From Bryobacterales bacterium (GTDB lineage Bacteria > Acidobacteriota > Terriglobia > Bryobacterales > UBA6623): a DNA stretch of 64,000 nt. A program made the position numbers and the translations under genes. Each line of letters opens with the position of its first letter. The first letter of the stretch is position 1. Under the pieces are notes generated by a model. The model did not search any database. It was not told the DNA's origin and saw only the letters and a program-made list of their open reading frames with translations. The stretch lies in contig OY729427.2 in the NCBI GenBank assembly GCA_963422375.2, positions 576,001 through 640,000 on the forward strand, read 5' to 3'. Shown one piece after another: positions 1-9,825 of this stretch.

Positions 1-779
1 ACCTCGCTGACGTCCTCGAAGCGCCCGTCTCCCAAGTTCCGGTACAGGGTCACGCCGCCGAATGGCAGGCCTCTCGGCCCGCAATAGACCGGCATGCCCT
101 TCCACTCGCAGTTCGACGTCTCGCCCGGCGGGGGCGCCGTGGTCGGGTCGAACTGCTGGTACTGCGTAACGAGCAGGTCGAGCAGCCCGTCCCTGTCGTA
201 GTCGACGAACGTGCAACCCGAACTCCACTGGCCGGGAGCCCCGGCCACGCCGGCCTCGGTGGCGACCTCCCCGAAGCTCCCGTCGGCGCGGTTCCGATAC
301 AGCGCGTCCTCGCCCCAGTAGCCGACGAACATGTCGAGGCCGCCGTCATTGTCGTAGTCGCCCGCGCACACCGCGCTGCCCCAGCCGGAGCGCCCGACGC
401 CGCTCGCCACCGTGACGTCCTCGAACTTGCCGCCGCCCGCGTTGCGGTAGAGACGGCTGGTCGGGGCCTCGCCTGCGGGGAATCCTGCCAAGCTCGACCC
501 GTTGACCAGGAAAGCATCCAGCCTGGAATCGCCGTCATAGTCCAGAAACGCCACGCCGGAACCGTTGGCCTCGATGATGTAGCTCTTCTCCTCGCGCCCG
601 CCGTAGGTGAACTCGAGATCGAGACCCGCGTCCAAGGCGACGTCCGCGAACTTCGCCTTCCACGGCAGACCCGACAACTCCGGCGCCCTAACCGGCTGTG
701 CGTTCGAGCTGGCGACGCCTTGGCCGAGCAGCGCCGAGGGGACCAGCAGGCAGAGCCACAGCAGCGACGGGACCAGCAT
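1..779 (-). CDS. CRTAC1 / ASPIC-UnbV-type FG-GAP repeat protein, secreted; runs off the window edge
   Basis: Manual translation (absent from the ORF track): MLVPSLLWLCLLVPSALLGQG signal peptide, YIIEANGSGVAFLDYDGDSRLD, CAGDYDNDG, CEWKGMPVYCGPRGL, LYRNLGDGRFEDVSE. Confidence 0.85.
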   Translation of the reverse strand, partial: MLVPSLLWLCLLVPSALLGQGVASSNAQPVRAPELSGLPWKAKFADVALDAGLDLEFTYGGREEKSYIIEANGSGVAFLDYDGDSRLDAFLVNGSSLAGFPAGEAPTSRLYRNAGGGKFEDVTVASGVGRSGWGSAVCAGDYDNDGGLDMFVGYWGEDALYRNRADGSFGEVATEAGVAGAPGQWSSGCTFVDYDRDGLLDLLVTQYQQFDPTTAPPPGETSNCEWKGMPVYCGPRGLPFGGVTLYRNLGDGRFEDVSE

Positions 780-921
780 CGCAGGGGGCGGCAGCCCCCG
801 AATCCAGAGTATCTCACCGGGTTGCGCCGCGAGCGGCAGCCGGCTAGGGGCAGGCGGCGTTCGCGCGGAGCTCGAGCCGAGCGTTCAGCCCGTGCGTCAA
901 CCGCAGCGCTACAGCGGTGCC

Positions 922-2778
922 CTAGCCGACCGCCTCGGAGTCGGGCACGCTGGGCGAATCGCTCAGGGACAACTTGCCTCGGAGGACGACCTCGAAAGCG
1001 TGCTCCGTGGCCGCCTGCCGCTTGATGCGCCTTGACCCGTAGTCCGTGCCCTGCGCGTTGATCCGGTTTCCGAGGCTCCAACCGATGTCGGGTGCGCCGA
1101 CGGCCATGCGGGTGCTTCCATGGGCCTGATGGGCCATCACCGCCGCGGGCCAGCTCGCGCTTGGCGCCGACTGGCCCAGCGGCGTCTCGACCGATTCGTA
1201 GAAGGTGTAGTCCGTAACGCCGCGCGCCGGGAAGCTCGCCTGATGCATCCTGCCCGCTCGCACGACCCGGTGGTGGGCCGACGGATCGGCCGCCTGCTCC
1301 CGCAGCTTCTGCGCGCCTCGGTCTGCCGGGAAGAGCACGTACTCGTAGCTGTGCCCGTCGGGCGGATGACGTGATCGAGGAAGGCCTGCGCGTAGGCCCC
1401 CTCGTTCGGCTCGTACTCTTCCGACATGCTCTTCCGGATGCCATAGGCCGCCGCGAGATCCGCGGTGCTGCCCGCCCGGAAGTAGCTGTTTCCGACGCTG
1501 TCGTCCATCGCCGCCGTCCCCCTCGCTATCACTCGGATCGAGACCTCGAGACCGGTCAGCGAGATCCCGCCTAGCCCAGTGGCGGCTGCGGGGCCCGCGG
1601 ACGGGTCTGGAAGAGAGTCGTGTGCGTCTCGTCGGTCGGCGTGCGTCCGTGGATGTCCGTACCCACGGCCAGCACCCGATCCCCCGCGAAGCGCTAGGTC
1701 TTGCGCGCCCGCAGGTCGGTAGGGGCCGTAATGGACACGGCTTCCCAGTCATGGACGAAAGACCCGTGGTCACCGAGAGAGACACAGCCCACGAGCGTCT
1801 AGGTGCTGTAGCTGCGCTGCGGATGCTTGAGCTCGATTCCCTGGGATCTCTGGCGCACTTTCGAGTTGCCAGGGAGCGCTCTTCGATCGGATAATGGCTG
1901 GCCGTCGGGCCCGGCTCCTGGCACCAATCCCAGCCGTTGTCGAGATCGTGCCCGGAATCCGGCGCGCGGACGGGCGAGCCCGCGCTGAAACCCTGCAGGA
2001 CACCGTACGGCCAGTTCTGGACGAAGCTGTGCTCGAGGGTTCGAATCTGGCCATCGAAGTCCCAGAAGTTCTGTCTGAGTCCCCGCGCCGAAACCAGCCA
2101 GTCCGCGGGCCGGAAGAAGGCGGCCGCGGCGGTGGGCGTGATCCAGACTCCCTGGGGCGTCGGGGCGGCGGCGATGCCCGGTCCCGGCAGGTCCGCGACC
2201 AGCCGGTAGATCCCGAGGCCGCGAATCGGAGCCTGCACCTGCGCTCGAACTAGGCGCGGCTGCCGGGCTCCGGCCAGAAATGGCGGCGGCCGAAGAAGCT
2301 CGAGGAAGCGTGCCCTCATTGCGTCGTCGTTCGATCCGTCCGGATGCGCCCGGAAGGGCATGGCCTTGGAAACGGTCATGGTGGGCCTGTCGCCGTGGTC
2401 GCCGCGCTGCCGCCCTCGCAGGGCGCTGGTGACCGAGTACTTCTGCACCATCACCCGGTCGGCTTCAAGCGCGAGCTTGACCGCGGCGACGTTTCCTCCC
2501 GTATGGCCGGCTAGCCCCTGCGCCACGTAGAGCAACTCGGCGCACGACTCGGGCGCGAAGGGGCCACAAGCGCCCATGCAAGCCGACGCGTAGTGGAAGG
2601 TCGTGCCGTCGGGCTGGATGGCGCCCTGCGCGCCGGGCTTGGCAGCGACGTTCTGAGCGATCGCGCGGGAGAGGGCCGCCGACATCCTTCCGCGCTCGCC
2701 GGCGCCCTCGACCAGCAGGAAGTAGGGTGAGAAGTAGTCTACGAGGAGCCGCAAGGCGTCCGCATTCGAGCGACCCAA
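922..2778 (-). pseudogene. Polysaccharide lyase family 8 (chondroitinase ABC-like) pseudogene
   Basis: PL8-like motifs spread over several frames: IQPDGTTFHY, NGWDWCQEPGPT, DLRARKT*RFAGDRVLAVGTDI (in-frame stop near 1695), DSVGNSYF, GAYAQAFLDH, HSYEYVLFP. Confidence 0.65.
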
Positions 2779-2962
2779 GCGCGGCGCGGCCGGAGGCCGC
2801 GATCAGGGATGCCCGCTGCGCGGGCTGCCGGAAACGGGGTGGCCAGCCTTGGCTGCCAGCGGGTCCGACTGTCGACCGCCCGATATCCAGAGCCGGGACC
2901 GTAGCACCATGCGGGGCCTTCGTCCGAGACTAGGCGCAAGCGTCGGATCGAAAGCGAGTAGA

Positions 2963-5900
2963 ATGCAATCTGTGAGGGTGGCCGGTACGGCCCTGGCGGT
3001 GGCATGTGCGCTGGCCGCATGGGGCCAGAATCCGGAACATCGCTTCTATCCGAGCTACCAGCTGGAGCGACCGGTTGATCGCGTCCTAGCCAAGGCTCAC
3101 CCTAGTGCCGGCGATTGGGTCGGCGAGCGGGACTTCGCCGCGGTCGACGCTCAGCTGAAGAGGATTGCCCGGTCGCTGCTGGCGGATCGGAATTCCTTCA
3201 AGCCCCTCGCAACCGAGACGGAGCGCTTCAGCGAACTAGCCTTGGTCGAGTTCAAGATCCTCTCCACCTCGAGGAACGAAAACCAGCCGCCACTGGTGCG
3301 TTCCGCCGTCCGCATCGAACTGGGAGGCACGGCTGACGATGGCGGGCTGCTGTCGCGCCTCGCCACGGCGCAACTGACCTGGGCGGCGGACGAGGACGGC
3401 CTGGCTCTCCGCGACTTCGCCGTCGGCGACATCCGTGGCGGGCGTTCGAGCGCCTTCGGATTCGCGGAGGTGACGGACCAGGTATTCGGCGGGATCGAGT
3501 CCTTCCGGGAGCAGCTGGTCGCGGGCGTCGATCACTGGCGGGATTCCATCGACGCGGCAGCCGGAGTCACCGTGTACGGCCACCAAGGCCTGTCCCTCGG
3601 GGACTTCGACGGCGACGGACTGGACGACCTCTACGTCAGCCAGCCCGCCGGGCTGCCGAACCGCCTCTACCGCAACAACGGCGACGGGACCTTCTCCGAC
3701 GCCACTCGCCGGGCGGGCCTTGACATTCTCGACGACACTTCCATGTCGCTCTTCGGCGACGTGGACAGCGACGGAGACCAAGACCTGATCCTCGTGGGGC
3801 CGACTCCGCTGCTCTTTCGCAACGCGGGCGATGGGTCGTTCTCGCTGGACGGCAGCGCTGGCTTCGATTTGCCGGAAGAGAAGGCCGCCATGTTCACCGG
3901 AGCGGCGCTGGCGGACTACGACCTAGACGGGGACTTGGATCTTTACGTCTGCGCTTACGATTTCTGGCAGCCCGGGGCCCAGTACGACGCTCCTACGCCC
4001 TACTACGACGCTGTTAACGGTCCGCCGAACCTGCTGTTCCAGAACGACGGACAGGGCAGGTTCGAAGAGGTTGCCGCCCTGGCGGGCCTGCAGCCGACCA
4101 ACAATCGCTTCAGCTTCGCCGCCGCCTGGGCAGACTACGACAGCGACGGCGATCCCGACCTGTACGTGGCGAACGACTTCGGGCGCAACAATCTCTACCG
4201 CAACAACGGAGACGGCACCTTCGTGGAAGCAGCCGGCGAGCTCGGCGTAGAGGATCTTGGCGCGGGCATGTCCGCAGCGTGGGGCGACTATGATAACGAT
4301 GGTGACCTAGACCTGTACACCGCCAACATGTGGTCGTCGGCCGGCCTTCGGATCACGACGAGCCCGCAGTTCGACGCGGTCGCGCCTAGTGCGGCGGTGC
4401 GCGGTGACTTCAAGCGCCACGCGCAGGGCAATTCCCTGTTCCGCAACGACGGAGCACTTGGCTTTCGCGACGTGAGCGACGAGGCCGGGGTGCGCACGGG
4501 GCGCTGGGCCTGGGCGTCCGATTTCGTAGATTTGGACGGGGACGGCCTGCTGGATCTCTTCGTCCAGAACGGCTACATCACCGGCGAGAGCCTAGACGAC
4601 CTTTGAAGCTTCTTCTGGCGGCAGGTCGTGTCGCAATCCCCTCTTGGAGCCGAGGGCTCCAAGAGCTACGCCGAGGGATGGCGAGCGATCAATATCCTGA
4701 TTCGCTCCGACGGGTCTTGGAGCGGCAGGGAGCGCAACCTGTGCTTCCGCAACCGTGGAGACGGCACGTTCGATGACGCGTCCTTCACCAGCGGCCTCGA
4801 TCTGGATGCCGACGGCCGGGCGTTCGTCCCCTTGGACATCGACTCGGACGGGGATCTCGACCTGATCCTCAAGAACCGCAACGGACGCCAGCTGAGGGCG
4901 TTCCGCAACGACATGCGCCCCGGTCACACAAGGCAATTCTCCGTGCGGCTCGAGGGTCGGCGCAGCAACCGCGATGGCGTTGGCGGGAGGGTTTGGATCA
5001 CCACCGATCGACGCACCATGATGCGCGAGATCGCCTCGGGAAGCGGCTACCTGTCGCAGAGATCCCGCCGGGCCCGATTCGCGCTGTCTGAGGCGGAAGC
5101 GGTGCGAGGCGTGCAAGTCCGCTGGCCTCTAGGAGACGTGCAGGAGATCGCGTCTCCGCCGCAAGACGGGCATTTCGCTCTGGTCGAGGGCGATACGGCA
5201 TTCCGGGCGGAGGCTTCTCCGCAGTCGGCAATCGCAGTGCCGGAGCCGGCCCCAAGCTCGGGGCGGCAGGCGAGCCCCGGGGCGTGGCTCCTCGATCCGC
5301 CGCCCGCTCCCGACTTCGAGCTGAGAACCCTTGGCACGGGCGCCTCGGCGCGCCTGTCGGACCACCGGGGAGGCCCGGTATTGCTCAACTTCTGGGCTTC
5401 GTGGTGCCCGCCGTGCCGGACGGAGCTGGCCAGCTTCCAAGACCGAATGGAGGACTTTCGACGGATGGGGGTCGAAGTCGTCGCCGTCTCCCTAGACCAG
5501 CCCGAAACCGCCGAGGCCGCGAAGGATCTGGTGTCGATGCTGGGACTGGACTACAGCGTGCTGCTGGCTGACCCGCAGACGGCCGCAGCTTACAGCGTGC
5601 TGAACGAGCGCCTCTTCGACCGCCGCAGGGCGCTTGCAGTCCCAACGACATTCCTCTTGAACTCCGACGGCCGGATCGTGAAGGCGTATCGCGGCGAAGT
5701 CGATGCCGACGCGGTCATCGCCGACATCCGGGCTGGCAGCGGCGCCGCGCTTCCATTCGCCGGACGCTGGGCCGCGTCCGCGCCGGGCCGGGACTACGAG
5801 GAACTCGCCGCCGCGTTTGCGGAGCGAGGCCTAGGCGTTGCGGCGAGGTCGATGTTCGCCGAGGCGCTCGCGACCGGCGCCCGCTCGCCGGTCCTCCTGA

Positions 5901-6637
5901 ACAATTTCGCCGGCGCCCTGATAACGGACGGCGAAAAGCTGGAAGCGGAGCGGCTCCTGCGCGAAGCGCTGGCCAAGGCACCGGGCCTGACGGACGCAAA
6001 GGTCAACCTAGCGACCCTGCTAGTCGAGCGCGGGGACAGGGCAGAGGCCGTGCGGCTTCTCGAAGCGGCGCTGAACGAGCAGCCGAAGGACGGCCAAGCG
6101 CTCTCCGTTCTCGGAGCCGTCCGGTTCTCGGAGGGCAGGCTGGAGTCCGCGGAGACACTCTTCCGTCGGGCCGTGCAGACTCGTCCGGAGGAGGAGCGGT
6201 TTCGCGCCAACCTCGGAGCGGCGCTCGCGTCCCAAGGACGCTTCGCCGAGGCACTGCAAGAGTACGAGGCGGCAAGGCAACTCGGCGCGGAGAGCGCGGC
6301 CCTGCATACCAACCTAGCCGTGCTCTACATGCAGACGGGCCAACCCGGGAAGGCTCGGGAATACTTCCTGAAAGCGGCCGAGACGGATCCGGACGATCCG
6401 AGCGCACACCTGAACCTCGCTCGTTTCCTCCTCCAAGCGGGCGATGCCAAGCACGCCAAGGATTCGATCCGTCACGCGATGAATCGAGATCCACGAAGCT
6501 CGGCAGCGTTCGCCCTCTTGGCCCAAGCTCTCGCCATGCAAGGGCTAGTCGACCAAGCGCGAGAGGCGGCGGAAGAGGCGCTCCGCCATGATCCGAACTC
6601 GGCTGAGGCTGCTAGGATCATCGATTCGCTCGAGTAG
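2963..6637 (+). CDS. Secreted FG-GAP + ASPIC/UnbV + TlpA-like thioredoxin (WCPPC) + TPR protein with one in-frame TGA at 4604-4606; candidate selenoprotein
   Basis: ORFs 2849..4606 and 4628..6637 share a frame; junction reads NGYITGESLDDL*SFFWRQVVSQSP...WSGRERN; signal peptide MQSVRVAGTALAVACALAAWG; many DxDxDGxxD repeats; LNFWASWCPPCR; C-terminal TPRs. Confidence 0.75.
4604..4634 (+). promoter_or_regulatory. Putative bacterial SECIS element
   Basis: TGA + 11-nt spacer AGCTTCTTCTG + hairpin GCGGCA-GGTCG-TGTCGC (4618-4634; 6-bp stem with one G-U pair, GG-led loop). Confidence 0.6.
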
Positions 6638-6639
6638 TT

Positions 6640-7500
6640 GCAGAGTCTCCGCAGTTGCAAGCGACGACCTTGAATCGATCAACTCCGATTCTTGGACATC
6701 TCACTATACTCTGAATTTCTCACTCAGCGAATAACACTCGGAATATCGTCCGATAAGGAGATCGATAAGAAATACATAGATCTCATAATCTACTGAAATA
6801 TATCAGTTCGTTTTCCGTCTTCATATCGCCATTGTCTTGTCCAATACACTCGAAAGAATTCGCGAACTGAAAGTTAGTCATTAACTGTCAAGATCTCAGA
6901 AGAATTCGATTGTCATTTTAGCAAGATAATTCTACAGATTGAATCGACAGTCTATCTGAATTTGTACCGAATAAACGAACTTAGACCCAATTGGATAGGA
7001 TTGCGTAGAACATCGACAAGTCTTGGAGGAAGCGTTTGGCTCCGATCTTCACCCGCCTGACACGGCTACATTCCACTTATATTTGCAGGCATTCAGACGG
7101 TCCTAACGTCAAGGTCCCGGTCAAATCAGTGCCGGGAAATTCACTGGGATATTCGACAAGAGCAAGGAATTCAAGCTTACCTACCTGCGGACAGTTATCT
7201 CGAAGGTGTCGCACCCGTTTGGATGCACATCAACCGAAGACTACCGGACTGGTGACCAGTATTCCTAGCAAGTCCTTAATCATCAAGTCCTTAATCATCA
7301 CGAATGCGTCGATCTTCGTCAACCTTTGAACCAAGACGTTCAGAGAAGGAATGTCTGTGCGCCAGAATCGGTGGCCCTTGTAGACACGTCCATAAAGGCA
7401 ATTGCCCCTAGACGAGGCCATGAGCATGGCTGGCTTCGGCATGTCAAGCACAGTCCCGGAGTCATGGGATAGATCGTCCACGCTCCCCTATCAATCCCAA
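6640..7500. other. AT-rich eroded segment of unknown origin
   Basis: Abrupt GC drop right after the stop at 6637; only short or stop-interrupted frames; 15-bp tandem duplication at 7269-7298. Confidence 0.5.
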
Positions 7501-7847
7501 GCCCTTCAGTCGCGGTCTGAGGGATCCGGGATCGCAACTGCTCAATCTTCCGGGACGGCCGGAGGGGACCGAGGTACCAGCAGGCAGCGGCAGGCCGGAC
7601 CCGCCGGATCCGGAACAGATCCGCGACGGCATCAAGTCCAGCCCTTGTTGATTCCTGCCGGACTCGCTTGCCACTAGCGGACATCTACGGCCCACCAGAA
7701 CGATTCCTCCCGCGACGTTGCCCAGTGAGACGACCAGAGATCTTCGCCCCCAGTACAGGTGCCAGCACGTGACCCTTCGATCCAACGACCATCATGCCTC
7801 GAGCGGCCCGCTAACGGCCCGTGCCGCACGCCGTAGCATACGAGCAG

Positions 7848-8873
7848 ATGAAGAGCCGGCCCAAGGCCGGGGGCGAGGCGCAGGTCACGGCCGAGAAGGA
7901 GGCCGCGCCCCGGCGCGTGGACTACGACGGGGCCTGCAAGGTCCTCTTCTCCACGGCGCGGATGGTGGTCGACCTGGTGCGCGGCTACGCCAGGGAACTC
8001 GATCTCGACGAGATCGACTACACGACCTTGGAGCCCGCGAGCCCCTCCTACCTCGGCGCGGAGGCCGTCAAGCGCTACGGGGACCTGCTGTGGAAGGTGC
8101 AAACGAAGGGCGGGCGGCCGGTGTACGTCCTCGTGCTGCTGGAGTTCCAGTCGAGCGTGCAGGACTACATGGCGGTGCGCCTGATGACCTACGTGGGCCT
8201 GCTGTACGAGTCGCTGTGCCAGCGGCAGGGGCTCCCCCCCGCTGCCCATCCTGGTGCCGGTGGTGCTGTACTGCGGCCGGAACAGGTGGACGGCCGCGGA
8301 CAGCGTGCGCCCGCTGGTGCTAGCCGAGCCGGCGGCCCTGGCGGGCTTCGTGCCGGGATTCCGCTACATTCTGATCGACGAGCGACGCTGCGAGCTGCTG
8401 GGCCTGGAGCAGCGCAACCTGGTGGACGCGATGATTCGCTGCGGGCGGGCGGCGTCGGCGCCGGCGGCGTCGGAAGAGGTGCTGCGCCTGCAGGAGTGGC
8501 TGCGGGGGGACGCGAACGCCGCGCTGCGGCGGGCCTTCGTGACCTGGCTCGACATCGTGCTGATTCGGCCGCAGTTCCCCGAAGTGAAGCTGAAGGCCGG
8601 AGACGGCCTAGCGGAGGTGGCGAAAGTGCTGGGAAGCTCTATGACTTGGATCGAGCAGGCGGAGACGAAGGGCCGCGCGAAGGGCCGCGAGGAGGCGCTG
8701 AGGGACACGTTCCAGCGAGTGGTCCGAAGCCGGTTCGGGGAACCCTTCGCCGAGGCCGTGGCTTCCCTGAGCCGGCCGTTCGAGTCGGGCGAGGCCTTTT
8801 CGCCCGAGCCTTGGACCGGGCCTACGGCTGCCGAAGCGAAGGCGAGCTCCTGTCCAAGCTGGCCACCCTCTGA
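7848..8873 (+). pseudogene. Rpn family recombination-promoting nuclease / putative transposase (PD-(D/E)xK) with two compensating frameshifts
   Basis: YDGACKVLFS, RYGDLLWKV, LLEFQSSVQDYMAVRLMTYVGLLY; after the C7 run (8234-8240) continues in another frame as LVPVVLYCGRNRWTA...KGRAKGREEA...RFG; returns to the first frame near the T4 run (8797-8800). Confidence 0.8.
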
Positions 8874-8941
8874 CGCTAGGGCAGCAACGGGTCCAGTCGG
8901 CGCGTCGGGGACAACCCTCGCACACCTAGGACGGAGGAGCA

Positions 8942-9130
8942 TCACCGACTCGCTCCAATGTGGATCAATTTGCCGTCCCAAGCGACGCCCGCGCACCCCG
9001 GCCCCGAGATTCGGACTGTCCCGCAGGTCCGTCGGCCCGTCCACAGCCGCGTCGAGCCCCCGGGGTAGGCGAGCTTGACGAGGTTCTGCACCCAGGGGGC
9101 TTCGGCGGCTTCAGCGGCTTCAGCGGCCAC
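8942..9130 (-). pseudogene. Truncated N-terminus of a phage tail hub / minor tail protein
   Basis: LVKLAYPGGSTRLWTG resembles the start of siphovirus genes that follow Dit; GAGGAGG RBS upstream; similarity is lost after about 30 aa. Confidence 0.45.
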
Positions 9131-9157
9131 GTCCGGATCCTCCTCCGCCAGCCGCCG

Positions 9158-9745
9158 TCACGCCGCTTCCTCCCATTCGATCGCCCACGGCCCGGCGAAG
9201 TCGGGATCCAGCCTCCACGGCTCGCGCTCGGGCCCGGTCCGGCGCGCCAGGCAGGTGACGCCCTCCCAGGCGATGCCCCGCCCCGCGGAGGGCGTCGCCG
9301 GCGGCTCCAGCTCGCAGCGGCCGCCCCGCAGGTCCGAGACCAGCTGGTACAGGCGCTCGCCGATGCGCACGTAGTCGCCCGCGACGAGGCCCTCGGAGGA
9401 GCCGTCCGCCCACACGCGCAGGCCGCCCGCGTAGATCCCCGCCGCCTGCACCGACAGCTCGGCCCCGGCGACGAGCGAGCCGCCGCTGGGGCGGTGCAAC
9501 GGCGCCTCGAACGTGTTCCCGGCCCCCCGCAGCCGCGCCAGGAAGGCCTCGACCGCGCGCCGGTCCGCGACCGAGGCGCGGTCGGCCGGGCCGATCTCGA
9601 GCCGTCCGGACCAGATGCCGGGACCGCGCCCGAGCACCTGCGTCCCGCCGCCGTAGGGCGAGCGCAGCACGATCTGGCCGGGATGCGCCAGGGCCAGGTC
9701 CGAGCGCGTCACCGGCACGCCCGGCGGGAACGGGATCAGCGCCAC
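9158..9745 (-). CDS. Phage distal-tail (Dit)-like minor tail protein
   Basis: SPYGGGTQV...GIWSGRLEI...VEAFLARLRGAGNTF...LVAGDYVRIGERLYQLV...IEWEEAA; lies downstream of a tape-measure fragment. Confidence 0.6.
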   Translation of the reverse strand: MALIPFPPGVPVTRSDLALAHPGQIVLRSPYGGGTQVLGRGPGIWSGRLEIGPADRASVADRRAVEAFLARLRGAGNTFEAPLHRPSGGSLVAGAELSVQAAGIYAGGLRVWADGSSEGLVAGDYVRIGERLYQLVSDLRGGRCELEPPATPSAGRGIAWEGVTCLARRTGPEREPWRLDPDFAGPWAIEWEEAA

Positions 9746-9748
9746 GAA

Positions 9749-9782
9749 TCGCCCCCGTCGCCCCCGTCGCCCCCGTCGCCCC
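9749..9782. repeat. 9-bp tandem repeat TCGCCCCCG, about 3.7 copies
   Basis: Read directly; immediately upstream of the Dit-like start codon. Confidence 0.9.
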
Positions 9783-9825
9783 GGCGGTACACTGGCTCGG
9801 GCGCCCCGGAGGCGCCTCGCACCGC

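Noticed and set aside
50..1444. Long Arg/Pro/Ala-rich ORFs in the track (also 9120..10997, 21363..23657, 32297..34126 and many others)
   Set aside because: Shadow or antisense frames of real genes in high-GC DNA, with no recognisable motifs
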